A stretch of 64,000 bases of DNA from Octopus sinensis (GCF_006345805.1 NC_042999.1:152458001-152522000); one strand, 5' to 3'; numbered from the stretch's first letter, positions 25,976 through 40,540 are shown. Notes: generated by a model not told the origin, from the letters alone. Numbers and translations are program-made.

Positions 25976-26518
25976 AATGGCTCCCCGTCAGTTTCGACGA
26001 TGAGCATCGTGTTGCTTAACCAATTCAAGCACCTGCCCCTGATTACACTGTAAATAGATGGGTATTCCACAAACATGTGTACCATTAAGGTAATCCTCAG
26101 TTAGAATTAGCAAGACTCAACATGTGACAAAGCTGTACAATTGAATAACAGGTACAACTCCCTCTGGCACTTTCCGTCCACCCAATCTTCTCACAAATGT
26201 TGGGTCAACCCGAGGCAATGTTAGACCAAGATGCCATCGGGGACCTTATTATTTAAATACGATATTATCCAAACATTTGGCCATGCAGCGTCAATTGGAC
26301 CGTGGTGTAACGCTAATTTGGTTTAAAATTTTGACACAAGGCCAGCAATTTCAGGGAAGTCTATTGCATTCACCCCAGTAATTGACTAGTACTTATCTCA
26401 ACGACCCCGAAAGGATGAATGACAGACCGACCTCGACGGAATTTGAAGGTAAAGACGGACGACATGTCGTTAAGACTTTTGCCCGGTGTGCTAACGATTC
26501 TGCCAGCTCGCCGCCTTG
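25976..26518 (-). mobile_element. Cluster of old SINE A, B and C fragments
   Basis: Diverged matches to each family; C copy at ~26322-26518 flanked by 'tgtaacg' direct repeats. Confidence 0.7.
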
Positions 26519-27417
26519 TTGTAACGGTAAATTAATCTCAACGCGTTGACCAGTCACTAGTTTCGATTCCCTAATCCTGTAGTCACTCTACCTGCACCAA
26601 ATAGTAATCAAGTATGTATATAATTACACCCTATCGTTTCAGAAAATTCAGACGCGAGATCCTATGTGTAGCACGATCCTAGATTTAGTAACGCTACAGA
26701 ATATGTTGTATCTCTCAAGTCTGGCATATCTTTGTTCTTCATATGTCTGTTCAATGACAGCAGCCCTGGGACTAAACAGAGTCGGCAATAACTTACAAAA
26801 GCTCGCAATGAGAACAGAAATGACACAAGACTCATGTCCCAACTTTATGACTATAATCACTCATCGATAGTATTGCTAATTAAAATAACCAATTAGGAGA
26901 GACGGCCATGTAATGAATAATTACATGACTAATTGTATTTTACAAGTGTATGGAATAATATGTATGAATATAATTATTTCTACATTAAATTTCACGAAAG
27001 TAAATGAGTAATTTTTGGTAAATAGAAATAATTATTAAGAATTAACAATAAAAATTAGTTTAAATTAATGATTGGCAAAAAACGGATTTTAACTAAATTT
27101 TTAACTAAATATTTTCTTCATAACTTCACAAAGCAAACTCTGCACTAATTAACAAGTAATTAACCTTGATAAGATACTAACATTTGCATTTAGTAATTCT
27201 ATTTAGGTAGAAACGAACAAAACCAAAAACTAAAATTTTCTGTTTATAACAAATCAAAACGTCAACACACTACAGAAATAATTAAACTAAATATTAATTA
27301 ATAAAGATAAGAAATTAGCATTATATTATCCAATACCTAATTTTGGCAAGCAGACAGGAAGAACATTAGAAACAACAGCAAGAAAACAACAAAAATGTAA
27401 TTTTCTGCTTATAAAGT

Positions 27418-27726
27418 GCGCTCACGCACACACACTGACACAGATACATTTATGCATACACACACGCACTCACACATACATACACACGCACACACACATG
27501 CACACACAAATACACACATACACACACGCGCACACACACACGCATGCACACTCACATATATACAGAGACGCACACATACACACCTATATACACATACACA
27601 CGCACACACACACACACAAACTCACAAACACACGCACACAGACGTACACACACATACACACACATGCACACACACACACGCACATGCACACCTACACACA
27701 CATGCACACATACACACACACGCACA
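27418..27726. repeat. Degenerate (CA)n array
   Basis: Direct reading. Confidence 0.9.
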
Positions 27727-28119
27727 AAGAGTTAACAAACTATGGAAATAATCGCATTAAATAAAATTAATCTAACGCACCGTTTGAGAATGCGAGCGGT
27801 TCTATATCAAATTGGTTAACAAATTTTACGGTTGTTTGTTTAACCAAACAAGCATATACAAAAAGAATGTGCACTAATTACATAAGCCTATATTCTCCTA
27901 AACTGTAGTGTACAAAAATCAACATACATGCGTATATATATATGTGCATTTATATATGTATATATACGTACATGCATACATGTGTATGTGTATATATACA
28001 TATATATATATATATATACATACCTATATACATATAGATGCATACAACTATACACACACATATGTGTGTATGGGCATGTGTGTACATTTGTGTTAGTATA
28101 CTTGTACATATATGTGTGT

Positions 28120-28152
<33 letters not shown>

Positions 28153-28331
28153 ATGATCTATCTCGGGCGATTGAGAGATATGTTCGATATATATTTTAGA
28201 TTATATTCTTTATTGAATCACTTTCGTAACTTATCTTTCCCTTTCATATCACTACGATCTTCAGGCGAGATGAAAATCTGTGTTGTGAAACTAGTGTCTA
28301 CCTAAAAATAAAATCTGTTTAAAAAATAGCA

Positions 28332-28472
<141 letters not shown>

Positions 28473-29107
28473 TGTATATGTATGTGTATGTATGTATGTA
28501 TGTATGTATGTATGTATGTATACGGTAAAGGTTTTAGTTGTCAATTCTGTACAAGACATTGTAGATATTTAGCTGGGCGAAAAAGTCACATTCGATCACA
28601 GCACCAATAACAGTTAAGCTTCGTGCAATAGCCATACTCGATAACGAGGGGGCAGCCATAATGTGTAAGTAACAGTTTTAGGAGAAAAACTATTGGTTTC
28701 ATATCTAGCGTGACCTAGACATATCTTCAGTTTCTCTAAACGATAACTGTTCTCTGCAAAGAATGTTTTTTAAAAACGAGAACGTCGGTGATAGTCAAAG
28801 AAATGTTCCTCTGAAAAGTTTATGGCCAGGCGAGTTGTCTTCCCTCGCTTGATAGCTAGGGTTTCCAATTTTGAAGTAAAAATTTCCGAAAATGTGGACA
28901 ACTCCCCACGTCTTCCGTCCTGGAGTTCAGGTAGCCTCCTCGCTTATGTGAGTTCATAAGGGTTATATATTTTTCTGTCATACACAATTTACATAGTTTT
29001 GTTCCATTGCAATAGGTTCACAAGTTACTAGTAATTTCCACCTGATGTTAAAGGGCGTATGATCGACTCTTACGTGCCATACGTACGTACATACATACAT
29101 ACATACA

Positions 29108-29141
<34 letters not shown>

Positions 29142-29250
29142 CATACATACATGCATGCATGCATACATACATACATACATACATACATACATACATACAT
29201 ACATACATACATACATACATACATACATACATAGGCATGCATATATACTA

Positions 29251-29625
29251 CGGCACTCCGTCGGTTATGACGACGAGGGTTACAGTTGATCCGATCAACG
29301 GAACAGCCTGCTCGTGAAATTAATGTGCAAGTGGCTGAGCACTCCTCAGACACGTGTACCTTTAACGTTCTCGGGGACAGTCAGCGTGATACAGAGTGTA
29401 ACAAGGCTGGCCCTTTGAAATACAGGTACAACAGAAACAGGAAGAAAGAGTGGGGGAAAGTTGTGGTGAAAAAGTACAGCAGGGTTCACCACCACCTATG
29501 CCGGAGCCTCGTGGAGCTTTAATTGTTTTCGTTCAATAAACACATACAACACCCGGTCTGGGAATCGGGACTGCGATCCTATGACCGCGAGTCCGTTATC
29601 CTAACCACTGGGTCATTTCGCCTCC
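29251..29625 (-). mobile_element. Full-length SINE family A (long variant)
   Basis: tRNA-like head at the right end; matches 1190-1589. Confidence 0.9.
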
Positions 29626-30809
29626 ATTATGCATACATATATGTATGTATGCATTTATATATGTTCTAACACTTCTACTGCATGTCTACGTGTATATGTC
29701 AAAATAACAACATGCATACATAACAGTTGCAGGCATGCAATTATTAGATACGTAATGTCGAAGAACCAAAAAAAAAAAAGCCTCCATAAAGTGCCTACTT
29801 TACATACGAGCCTCATGCGAGTCTTTGACCTTGGAGAAACAATATATTTGCATATATGCTTATATACCTACTTATATATACATGCCTGTGTGCATATGTA
29901 AAATTGCATGTAATTGCTTCGGAAATATTGGAATATAATTAAAATATCAAAGTTGCCGAAGAAATGGTTTAACTGTACTTAAATTGTTTTGGAAGAGTTT
30001 CTGTATATCTTGGACACACACAAATATTCATATACATAGACACACACACATTCGTATGATATATAAATATATATGTGTGTGTTGGTGTGTGTGTGTGTGT
30101 GAGAGAGAGAGTGAGTGAGTGTGCGTGTTTGTATATGTATGTTTGTCGTGTTTTATATTTATGTGTATGTGTGTGTATTGAAAAATTTATGTGTGCGTAT
30201 ATAAGTGTACATATACATACATACATGTACTACATACGTATACGAATGCGTATATGTCTGTGTTTGAATATAACATGAAACAGCGTGGATTTTTGCACAT
30301 GCACACACACGAAGACACACACAAGATGACAGGCCCACCTAACACACACGTAGACACACACATACGTATATATGTATTCATATATGCACCTATCTACTCA
30401 CGTATTTATTTAAATATTGATATTGCGCATTTTCAAATATATACAGTCAGAACAATATGCAAATAAATATATACATATTTGTATTTACACAAATATACAC
30501 ATTAAACCAACCAGACATGTACTACGCATGGGGCTATGCGTACACATACAACATACACACACATACAAATATAAACGTATTTATCAATATATGTATGTAT
30601 GCTCGTCTATATAGATATGTATGTATGTAATGGGTTGGTTCGATATTTGGGGATTAATTCGTTTTAACCCGTATTTTTCCTTCGTGTAGTAATCTTTATA
30701 TTTCGTCTGAAGGAAAAATGCACTTAGCATTTTCTGCATTTTAACACTGCTTCCGCCATTTCCTATATATTTTTTTTAGTTAAATTTCCCACATACATAC
30801 ATACATACA

Positions 30810-30841
<32 letters not shown>

Positions 30842-31487
30842 GGTGTGTTTGTGTGCGCGTTTGTGTACGCGCGTGTGTGTGTATATATATTTGTAATGTA
30901 CATTTAAAGATTTTCTCTTTTATTTAAAATGATTTTTCGCTGAATGGAAATGCCATTCTTGTGGAAGCTTATTGATCATTAGTTCTGGGTTTCCACTCTC
31001 TGCCTTGCCTTTTCTACAACTCTTTTACCATTTCTCCCCCTCTCTCTCTTTTTCCTTTTACATTATGTATATATAATTGTTTATATATCTACGCAATCAT
31101 ATATACATATGTACGGATGCATACATACTAAATACAGATACACAAGCACACACATATTTGTGATTGTGTAAAATATATGCCTACACACACATATCACACG
31201 CACGCACACACAAACACACCTATATATACTTATGTATGCATACATATATATGTATACACAGCCACACACGTGCATAGGTGTGTCTCTGATGTGCGTGTCA
31301 GATAGTGAATGAACATATTTTTATGTGAATTAATATGTTGCAGGAGGTGGGTGGGAATTGAAGTTCTACAGTAAAAAATTGTCCCCGTATACATATACAG
31401 ACACCACCACAACCATATGCACACAACCGTACACACACACACACACTTTACTACCCCCCATATATATATACATATACATGCATAAGT

Positions 31488-31834
31488 GGAGGCGCAATGG
31501 CCCAGTGGTTAGCGCAGTGGACTTGCGGTCGTAGGATCGCGGTTTCGATTCCCAGACCGGGAACCTCCACGAGGCTCCGACAGTGGATGGTGGCGAACCC
31601 TGCTGTACTCTTTCATCACAACTTTCTCTCACTCTTTCCTCCTGTTTCTCTTGTAGCTGTATTTCAAAGGGCCAGCCTTGTCACACTCTGTGTCACTCTG
31701 AATCTACCCGAGAACTACGTTAAGAGTACACGTGTCTGTGGAATGGTCAGCCACTTACACGTTAATTTCACGAAGCAGGCTGTCCTGTTGATCGGCTCAA
31801 CTGGAATCTTCGTCGTCGTAACCGACGAAGTGCC
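31488..31834 (+). mobile_element. Near full-length SINE family A (long variant)
   Basis: Head 'tggcccagtggttagcgc...ggtttcgattccc' (A/B boxes) plus family A tail. Confidence 0.9.
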
Positions 31835-32304
31835 TCATGCATAAAACATTGGGGCTACTTTTTCGTTTTATTTATCAAAGATTTCTACAACTAATTTTAC
31901 AATGTAACATACATACATGGACACACACTCACACACACACGCTCACGCACATACACACATACACACACTCATGCACACACACCCACACACCATATTTAGT
32001 TTAATAGCAGTTTGATTCGGTTCCATGAAAATTAAAGTTTCGTAGACTCCTCAAACGAACCTATCTCATCAGGTGCGGAGAAAGTGAATGTGGGGAGTCC
32101 AAATGTTTTCTGAATAATGGACAGCTATTGATGAACACAGTTCATGTGATGTTATTGATTTGCTGGCGACTTTACTTTCAATTCTATGTTCCAATTGACT
32201 TGAACATTGAAGGCAACTCCCTGTCTGAGAAATGGGGGTTTGTATACGTCCCCTAAACTTAACTTTCCAGCCAAACACAAACAGAGTGTGCACCAAGCTT
32301 TAAA

Positions 32305-32611
32305 AAGTTCTTTGGGTCGATTTCATCGACTAGACTATACAAGGCGATGCTCCAGCATGACCACAGTCCAGTGAGTGAAACAAAAACACGAATAATGAAT
32401 TGGAACTTTATTGTCCAAGCTGATTTCTTCATTCTCGGATGATAAGGCGTAGGCGTGGCTGTGTGGTAAGAAGCTTGCTTCCCAACCACATGGTTCCGGG
32501 CTCAGTCCCGCTGTGTGGCAGCTTGAGCAAGTGTCTTCTATAGCCTCGGGTCGACCAAAGCGCTGAGAGTGGATTTGGTTGACGGAAATTGAAAGACGTC
32601 CGTCGTGTGTG

Positions 32612-32681
<70 letters not shown>

Positions 32682-32870
32682 TGTATGTATGTATGTATTT
32701 ATGGATGTATGCATGTGTGTGTCTGTGTTTGTCACCTTCGCTATCGTTTGGCAACCAATGCCGGTGTATTTATGACCCCTTCAATTCAGAAGGCATTGGT
32801 TGAGAGGCGCTATAGAAGACTCGTCTCCGAGGTGTCATGCAGTGAGACGGAACCCGGAACCATGTGGCTG
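32305..32870 (+). mobile_element. SINE family B cluster (3' fragment; head plus internal microsatellite at 32447-32780; short minus-strand piece)
   Basis: Matches to B head and tail. Confidence 0.8.
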
Positions 32871-33106
32871 AAAACAAACGTCGTATCACACAGTTGCGCG
32901 CATATGTATGTATGTACATATATATTTATTTATATACACACACACACTCATATATATGTGTGTGTATGTACGTATGTATATATATACACATATATATATA
33001 TATATACATGTATATGTATGTATTTATATATATATATACATCTATATGTATATATACATATGTACACATATATGTGTGTGTGTGTGTTTGTGTATGTATG
33101 TGATTG

Positions 33107-33138
<32 letters not shown>

Positions 33139-33631
33139 CATTATTGATGAGGCAGTGAAAATTTTCGAGTGAACTCCATAGGTAACCCTTTGTATTTCGC
33201 TTCTCCGGCATGTTGTTCATCACCAGGAGCTCCCTGCCGTTCATTTGGCATCAGTTCATCTGCACAGCAGCCTCTCCGTCTCTCTCGTCTCTTCGTCTCT
33301 TCGTCACTATAGTTTCGGGCATCCCCACTGAAGGATTTCGCTTTTTCGCAGGTTTCGTTAATTGATGTTTTGTATCATATTCCAGCAAGCTGTGATGTAA
33401 TTTGCATACCGTTGAGAACACCTCCTTACTTCGTTATCTGAGGTGTGGTGCTGATTTAATTAATCAATGTAATTTATCAACTCATCGTTTGACATACTGT
33501 TAATATACATATACAGATCAATGGATCAGCTTGACCAATCAAATTAATTTTCTCCTGATAATGTATTTCATATTTTAGAATATCTGAGTGACCATTCGTC
33601 CTGCTATATTAATCATTATTACATAGCCGTA

Positions 33632-33985
33632 TAAGGCAGCAAGTTGGCAGAATTATTAGTACGCCGGACAAAATGTTTAGAGGCGTTTCGTCGGTCTTCA
33701 TATTCTGAGTTCAAATTCCGCCGAGGTTGACTTTACAGTTCATCCTTTCGTGGCGAAAAATTAAGAACCAGTGAAATCCTGAGGTTTATGTAAACAACTC
33801 GTCGTCTCTCACCAAATTTCAGGCCTTGTGCCTATGGTAGAAAGGATTATTGTATAGCCGTATAAGGCAGCAAGCTAGCTGAATCGTTAGCACCTCGGGC
33901 AAAGTCCTTTGCAGTATTTTGTCCCTCTTTACGTTCTGAGTTCAAATTCTGCCGAGTTCGACTTTACCTTACTTCATTTCGGGGA
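33632..33985 (+). mobile_element. Two tandem SINE family C copies
   Basis: 'aaggcagcaag..gttctgagttcaaattc..gccgag' twice, each preceded by 'attatt..atagccgtat'. Confidence 0.85.
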
Positions 33986-34046
33986 AACGAATTGTTAAAA
34001 GGGACAATCGACCTTATCGATAGTTGAACTCAGAATGTAAATAGCC

Positions 34047-34200
34047 AGGCGCAGGAGTGGCTGTGTATTAAGTAGCTTGTTTACCAACTATATGGTCCCG
34101 GGTTCAGCTCCATTGTGTGGCACCTTGGGCAAGTGTCTTCTATTATTGGCTCGGGCCGACCAAAGCCGGCTGAGAGGATTTGGTTGACGGAGACAGAAAG
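34047..34200 (+). mobile_element. SINE family B, 5' half
   Basis: 'aggcgcaggagtggctgtgt...'. Confidence 0.85.
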
Positions 34201-34248
<48 letters not shown>

Positions 34249-34356
34249 TAACAAACTGAGGGAAAGAAATCTTTCAAAGAAGTGTGTTAAACATCCAATT
34301 CACTGGTACTTCAGTTGGATACCATATAAATATTGGTTTAATTCAATTATAAAGAT

Positions 34357-34569
34357 AAATTAAATATAAAGATATTCTATTGACAATCCAATAATTTATT
34401 TATATTACAATGTTACATTAAATACTATGAATATAATATATAACAACATAGTTTTTATAACTTTTATATGATATTATGTTATGTTATATACTATATTCAT
34501 AGTATTTAATGTAATGTTGTATATAAATAAATTATTGAATTGTCTGTAGAATATCTCTATGTTTAATTT
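34357..34569. repeat. Diverged AT-rich inverted repeat (~93-bp arms, ~25-nt loop)
   Basis: 'aaattaaatataaagatattcta...aacata' versus the reverse complement of 'tatgtt...tagaatatctctatgtttaattt'. Confidence 0.8.
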
Positions 34570-34574
34570 GTACA

Positions 34575-34952
34575 AATGATGTTGGCATCAATTTTAAAAT
34601 CTATCTAAGACTTGGTCCCCGTGTTATCAGCCCACTACAGAAATCGAACTCGGTACACATAGTAACATTACGTCACAATTACTTTATCTCAACTGGTCCG
34701 GCTCTCTTTAGTACCATACGAAAATTCTTCAAAATGGAAACGGATCCCATAAAGTTCAAATGTTCACGGGACAAATTCCTTCAAAATATCCCGGACCAGC
34801 CTCCTACCCCCGCATATGTCTCCAACAATAATAACTCTTTGCTAGATTGGGCCATGATTCTCCATATATGACTAAAAGATTTCACCAAGTGGTGCTATTA
34901 AGTTAGACATAGCCTGGGCCTATACTGACCGAAACCTATCAAAGTCAAAGTA
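34575..34952 (+). mobile_element. CR1-like LINE 3' end
   Basis: LRHNYFISTGPALF...FKCSRDKFLQNIPDQPPTPAYV...NSLLDW, short 3' UTR ending in (caaagt)2. Confidence 0.7.
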
Positions 34953-35025
<73 letters not shown>

Positions 35026-35039
35026 TGTATGTGTGTGTT

Positions 35040-35247
35040 TGTGTGTATCTGGTTGTTCTGCCACTATCGCTTTCAATCGATGTTGGCGTCTCTCCGTCCC
35101 CGTAACTTAGCGGTTCGGCAAAAGAGACCAATAGAATCAGTACTAGGCTTACAAAGAATAAGTTCTGGGGTTGATTTGCCCGACTAAAAGCGCTGCTCCA
35201 GCATGGCCGCAGTCAAATGACTTGAACGAATAAAAGAGTATAAGAGT
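35040..35247 (+). mobile_element. SINE family B, 3' half
   Basis: Family B tail. Confidence 0.85.
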
Positions 35248-35710
35248 CTGAAGTGATGTCGCAAACCATTCTTTTCGCTACACTCTGCCAATTCGTAGCC
35301 AACTCGTACCAACTCGTCGCCAAATTGGCTTCAAAAAATTAGCAAAAGACTACTTTAACGTTTGTTCTTGTTTCGGACTGTTATTGTGTTTACATAGTTT
35401 CTACTTGATTAATGTTTTAGTGTGACGTATTTTTACGACAAATAAGTTTCAAGCCACAAATCGTCCTAGGTTTTTAGAAGAAGGCGCCAACAACGTTAGT
35501 CGTTGGCCGTCGCCACTGGCATTTACAAATAGCCTGAAACAATGCATTGGGAATGTATCTGTGTGATATGGAAAGGTTTAACAGCTTTCAGTGGGTTACT
35601 TTCTGTCACGTTAAAGATGATAAAAGAGCTAAGAGCGGATATACTGGAAAAGAAGAAAAGAAATGGATTATATGCAAATATTATTTTATATGCTCTCTCA
35701 CTCATAGGGT

Positions 35711-35950
35711 GGAGGCACATGGCCTAGTGGTTAGAGCAGCAGACTCGCCGTCGAGGGATCGCGGGTTCGAATCTCAGACCGGGCGATGTGTGTGTTTATG
35801 AGCGAAACACCTAAGCTCCACGCGGCTCCGGCAGAAGGTAATGGCGAAACTTCAGCTGACACTTTCGCCACAAATTACTCTCACTCTTTCCTCCTGCATC
35901 TTGCAGCTCACCTGCGACGGACCGGCGTCCCGTCCAGGTGGGGAACCTGT
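35711..35950 (+). mobile_element. A-type SINE head/body with an alternative 3' module
   Basis: tRNA-like head 'tggcctagtggttagagc..gggttcgaatctc'; tail 'cctgcgacggaccggcgtcccgtccagg'. Confidence 0.8.
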
Positions 35951-36016
35951 GGCTCGAGAAGGAACAAAGAATCACTCATAGGAGAAAAAAGATCTATAAT
36001 AATAATAATAATAATA

Positions 36017-36446
36017 TAAAAGCACAAGGTCTGAAATTTGGCGGAACGGGACTAATCGATTATATCAAGCCCAGTTTTCGCTGGTACTTTACCGAAAACA
36101 AAAGTATGGATGGCAAAGCCGACCTCGAAAGAATTTGAACTCAGAACATAGTGTGAGGCGGAATACTGTTATGCATTTTGCCCGGCGTGATACCGTTCTG
36201 CTAGCTTACCACCTTTTAATAATAATAATAATAATTGGCTTCAAATTTTGCCACAAGGGCAGCAATTTTGGGGGAGGGGGATGAGTCGATTACATCGACC
36301 CCAGTGTTTCACTGGTACTTAATTTATTGACCCCCGAAAGGATGAAAGGTAAAAATCTACCTCGGCAGAATTTGAACGTAAAGACGGACGAAATACTGCT
36401 AAGCGTTGTACCCGGCGTGCTAACTGACCTGCCGGCTCGCCGCCTT
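36017..36446 (-). mobile_element. Two SINE family C copies embedded in (AAT)n
   Basis: Reverse complement of family C; each flanked by (AAT)n. Confidence 0.85.
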
Positions 36447-36467
36447 CTAATAGTAATAATAGTAGTA

Positions 36468-36514
<47 letters not shown>

Positions 36515-36594
36515 TATAATAATAAACCCTGAACTGGTTCTCCCCGCTAAAGGGAAACTTCACCCTCTCTCGAATTTCTTAGTAAACCCTATCA

Positions 36595-36640
<46 letters not shown>

Positions 36641-36897
36641 TCTTCCTCCGAAGCCAACTGTACGTGGCAGTACCAACAGTCGCCAGTAAAATTTCCCACG
36701 GGTAAATATACTATGATCGATATATTCTACTGTGCAACGAATTGACAGAAATGCCACAATGTCGAGTATAATGGTTTGTGGAATTTCTTCCGGTTGTCTT
36801 CCGGGCTTCATTTCAAATTCCATCGACGTCAACGACGCCTTTCTTCCTTTTCGAGGTGGATTTGATAAATAAAAGTTCTCGTATACATACACTATTA

Positions 36898-36940
<43 letters not shown>

Positions 36941-37609
36941 TATATAATATATATAATATAATATATATATATATATATAGATATATCTATGTATATATAT
37001 GTTAGATATAATATATATATATATATTATATATATATATGTGTATATGTGTGTGTGTGTGTTGTGTGTGTGTGCGTGTGTATGCATAGATTTATATATAT
37101 ATATATTATTAGTGGACCATATATCAGAGAAAGTGAAGCTCACTCTAAAAAGGTTAAAGCATTAATGTGTTTACATGCAGTTAAATATATGTCCGGTGAT
37201 AGAGTGACCAATGGTTTCACACCCATGAAGCGCTTAGCTTTATAGGCTAGACATTAGGCTCCGATGGCAGCGGCGATTGTGAGTGGTTTTAGTAAACAGA
37301 AACTGAAAGAAGTCCGATAGTTTCTTTCAGCTGGCTATGCCACACAATATCTTGGCCCTCATATTTTCGAACAGGGAGTCCAGCACCCCTACCCCGCATC
37401 CAACACAAAACAGCGCCTGTGAACTTGTTTCTGGCTTGATGCTCTTTATCAGCACGGAGTAACTGCTTGGCTAGGCGTCGTTTCTGAGTTCCGTTCGAAG
37501 ATATAAAGTTTTCAAAGTGACACACAGTTACTGAACTAATAAATAGAAACATAATTTTTTTCTTAATCTCTGAAAACAATATATTCAGATATATTCTTTA
37601 AAGTATGTA

Positions 37610-38150
37610 AACACACCAACACTGATTCTTAAGCGATGGCGGGGGGACAAACATATACACACAAATACACACGCGCACACACACACACAAACACAGATGC
37701 ACACACATATATATAAATGCTGGGTGTTCAAAAAGTCTCTCTTTCGGTTGATTCTTGTACACTGATCCTTTGCTTGCTCCCCAGAAAAAATGTCTGGCGG
37801 TGCTAAATCAGGTGATCTTGCTGGCTAAAGACCCTTCGAAATAATCCGTTTATCGAAAACTTCTTGAAGTAGCGCCATGATGATACGCAAGATGAAAAAA
37901 TTTCACTGCGGAGAGACTTTTTGAACACCCTTTATATACGATGGGCTTCTTTCAGTTTCCGTCTACCAAATCCACACACAAAGCTTTGGTCGGGTCGTGG
38001 CTATAATTGAATACACTTGCCCAAGTTGCCACGCAGTGGGACTGAACCCGGTACCACGTGGTTGGTAAGCAAACTTCTTTATTTCATTATATTAACCATA
38101 AAGGCCTTACATAGAGAAAGGAAGCTTACCACACAGCGACTCCTGCGCCT
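37610..38150 (-). mobile_element. SINE family B interrupted by a Tc1/mariner MITE
   Basis: B tail piece at left, B head at 37935-38150. Confidence 0.75.
37720..37932 (-). mobile_element. Tc1/mariner-superfamily deletion derivative (MITE)
   Basis: TIRs gggtgttcaaaaagtctct / agagactttttgaacaccc; internal remnant RIISKGL*PARSPDLAPPDIF. Confidence 0.85.
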
Positions 38151-38964
38151 AATATTAAAAAAAATTCCATTATATTTTTATTATTAAATATTAAGAAACG
38201 GGAAAACAACTATTGAAATATTTTGTACATTGTAGATTTAGTGCATATAATTTTTAACCGCTAAATCTTCTTTGGGCCCCTTGGTGGGAACTACTGTAGG
38301 AGAATGTCGCAAGAAATGCTTTGCGATATTTCTTTCTTTTTTTTTGTGCAAATACAAAATTTGAGTGCTTCAGGATCTAAAGTCAGAGAAGTTCAATTCC
38401 TGCAGAAGTCAATTTAGCTTCTTGTCCTTTCGCAGTTGATAAATACACCACCAGTCAAATACCTGGGTCGATGACATCGATTAACCTCTCCTCCATCGAT
38501 ATTATTGACCTTTCTCACAAGTCAGACACCATTTCACACCATTTGAAGAATTCCTAAGGGAATTCTCATGCCGGATGATCCATAATGTCGCACGATGATC
38601 AGTTAATTCTCTGGTGATGTGAGTTAAAATTGGAAGAACTTATAAAATGTCATGGAAGGCAAGAACTCATGCAGAGAAGGAATGGTTTTTGGTCCTGGCA
38701 AACTGCCAGAAACGATATCAAAAGAAAAAAAACCCATAGTTTACTACATTTATATCACAAACATCATTGAGAAGGCAATGAACATCATCACATCCTCTTC
38801 CCAATCGCTTTACAATGATTTTACACCTAGCCGAAAGTGACCAATGTTATTTTTATAGAAACTTTGCCTCAATACTGCCCCTTGGAAAATTCTTCACGCC
38901 ACAATACGATTCCCACTTCGTAGATAAAAATGTTCATATCTAAGAAGAAATTATCACTATTATT

Positions 38965-39099
38965 GTCCTCCTCCTCTCCTCCTCCTCCTCCTCCTCATCA
39001 TCATCATCATCAGTAAGAGCAGCAACAGTATCATCATCATCATTATCATCATCATCATAATCGTCGTCGTTGTTGTCGTCGTCATCGTCATCGTCGTCG

Positions 39100-39150
<51 letters not shown>
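38965..39150. repeat. (TCC)/(TCA)/(TCG)n array
   Basis: Direct reading. Confidence 0.9.
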
Positions 39151-39151
<1 letters not shown>

Positions 39152-39159
39152 GGTGAATG

Positions 39160-39373
39160 TAAGGCGGCCAGCTGGCGGACTCGTTTGCACGTCGAGGAAA
39201 AATAGCGGTATGAAGTCCGTTTTTACGTTCTGAGTTCAAATTCCGCCAAGGTCGACTTTGCCCTTTCATCCTTTCGAGGGTCAATAAAATAAATACCCAG
39301 GTAGGCACTGGGGTCGATGTAATCGACTTGCACCCTGCCCCCGAAACGCTAGCCTTGTGCCAAAATTAGAAAG
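39160..39373 (+). mobile_element. SINE family C (Deu/Nin-like central motif)
   Basis: 'ctttcatcctttcgagggtcaataaaataaatacccag' central domain after a tRNA-like head. Confidence 0.85.
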
Positions 39374-39390
39374 TATTATCATCATCATCA

Positions 39391-39459
<69 letters not shown>

Positions 39460-39562
39460 CATTATTATTATTATTATTATTATCATTATTATTATTATTA
39501 TTATTATCATCATTATTATTATTATCATTACTATTATTATTATCATTATCTTATTATCATTA

Positions 39563-39603
<41 letters not shown>

Positions 39604-39684
39604 TTATTATTATTATTCATTATTATTATTATTATTATATTATTATTATCATTATATTTTATTATTATTATTATTATTATTATC

Positions 39685-39751
<67 letters not shown>

Positions 39752-39761
39752 CATTATTATA

Positions 39762-39802
<41 letters not shown>

Positions 39803-39860
39803 CATTATTATCATTATCATTATCAATATTATTATCATTATTATTATTATTATTATTATT
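39374..39860. repeat. Long imperfect (TAT/CAT)n array
   Basis: Direct reading. Confidence 0.95.
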
Positions 39861-39999
39861 GACGCATTATGCCCATTTCAATGAATGTAATATTCTTATT
39901 GATTTTTTTCCTTCATTGTTCTCATTACGAAGCAAATTACAAGGATGGTCACACTTCTATTGAAATGATAGATTCTTCTGTTCTTTCACTATTTCATTC

Positions 40000-40504
40000 T
40001 TCCTCCCTCCCTCACGCTCTCCCTTTCTCTCGCTCTCCCTTTCTCTCGCTCTCCCTTTCTCTCGCTCTCCCTTTCTCTCTCTCTCCCTTCCTGTCTGCAT
40101 ATGTGTGTGCTTGTGTGTGTGCGTGTCCGTGTGTGTGTGTGTGTGTGTGCGTGTGTGTGCGTGTATGTGTGTCATTGTGTGTGTGTGCGCTTGTGTTTGT
40201 GTGCACGTGTGTGTGTGCGTCTCCGTGTGTGTGTGGTGTGTGTGTGTGTGCGTGTATGTGTGTGTCATTGCGTGTGTGTGCGCTTGTGTTTGTGTGCACG
40301 TGTGTGTGCGTCTCTGTGTGTGCGTGTGTATGTTTGTGTGCACGTGTGAGTGTGTGTGTGAGTGTGTCCGTGTCCATGCGTGCGTGTGTAAGTGTGTGTG
40401 TGTGTAAATGTGTGTGTGGGTCAGTACGTGTGTGTGTGTGCGTGTGTGCGCATATGTGTGTGTGTGTGTGTGTGGTGCGTGCGTGTGTGTGTGTGTGCGT
40501 GTCT

Positions 40505-40540
<36 letters not shown>

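Noticed and set aside
26643-26870. Possible terminal exon ending ..ARSYV* (plus strand) or overlapping ORFs on both strands
   Set aside because: Too short, several equally weak readings, and no linked upstream exon
31488-31560. tRNA genes at SINE heads (also 35711, 11968 and 53831)
   Set aside because: A/B boxes are present but there is no complete cloverleaf or acceptor stem, and each runs into a repeat body
32038-32072. Minus-strand CUGAUGA-hairpin-GAAA
   Set aside because: No stem III or stem I partner; compatible with chance
33142-33375. GC-richer minus-strand open frame (~77 codons); similarly 37289-37579
   Set aside because: No recognisable domain or convincing splice pair; could be unrecognised repeat fragments
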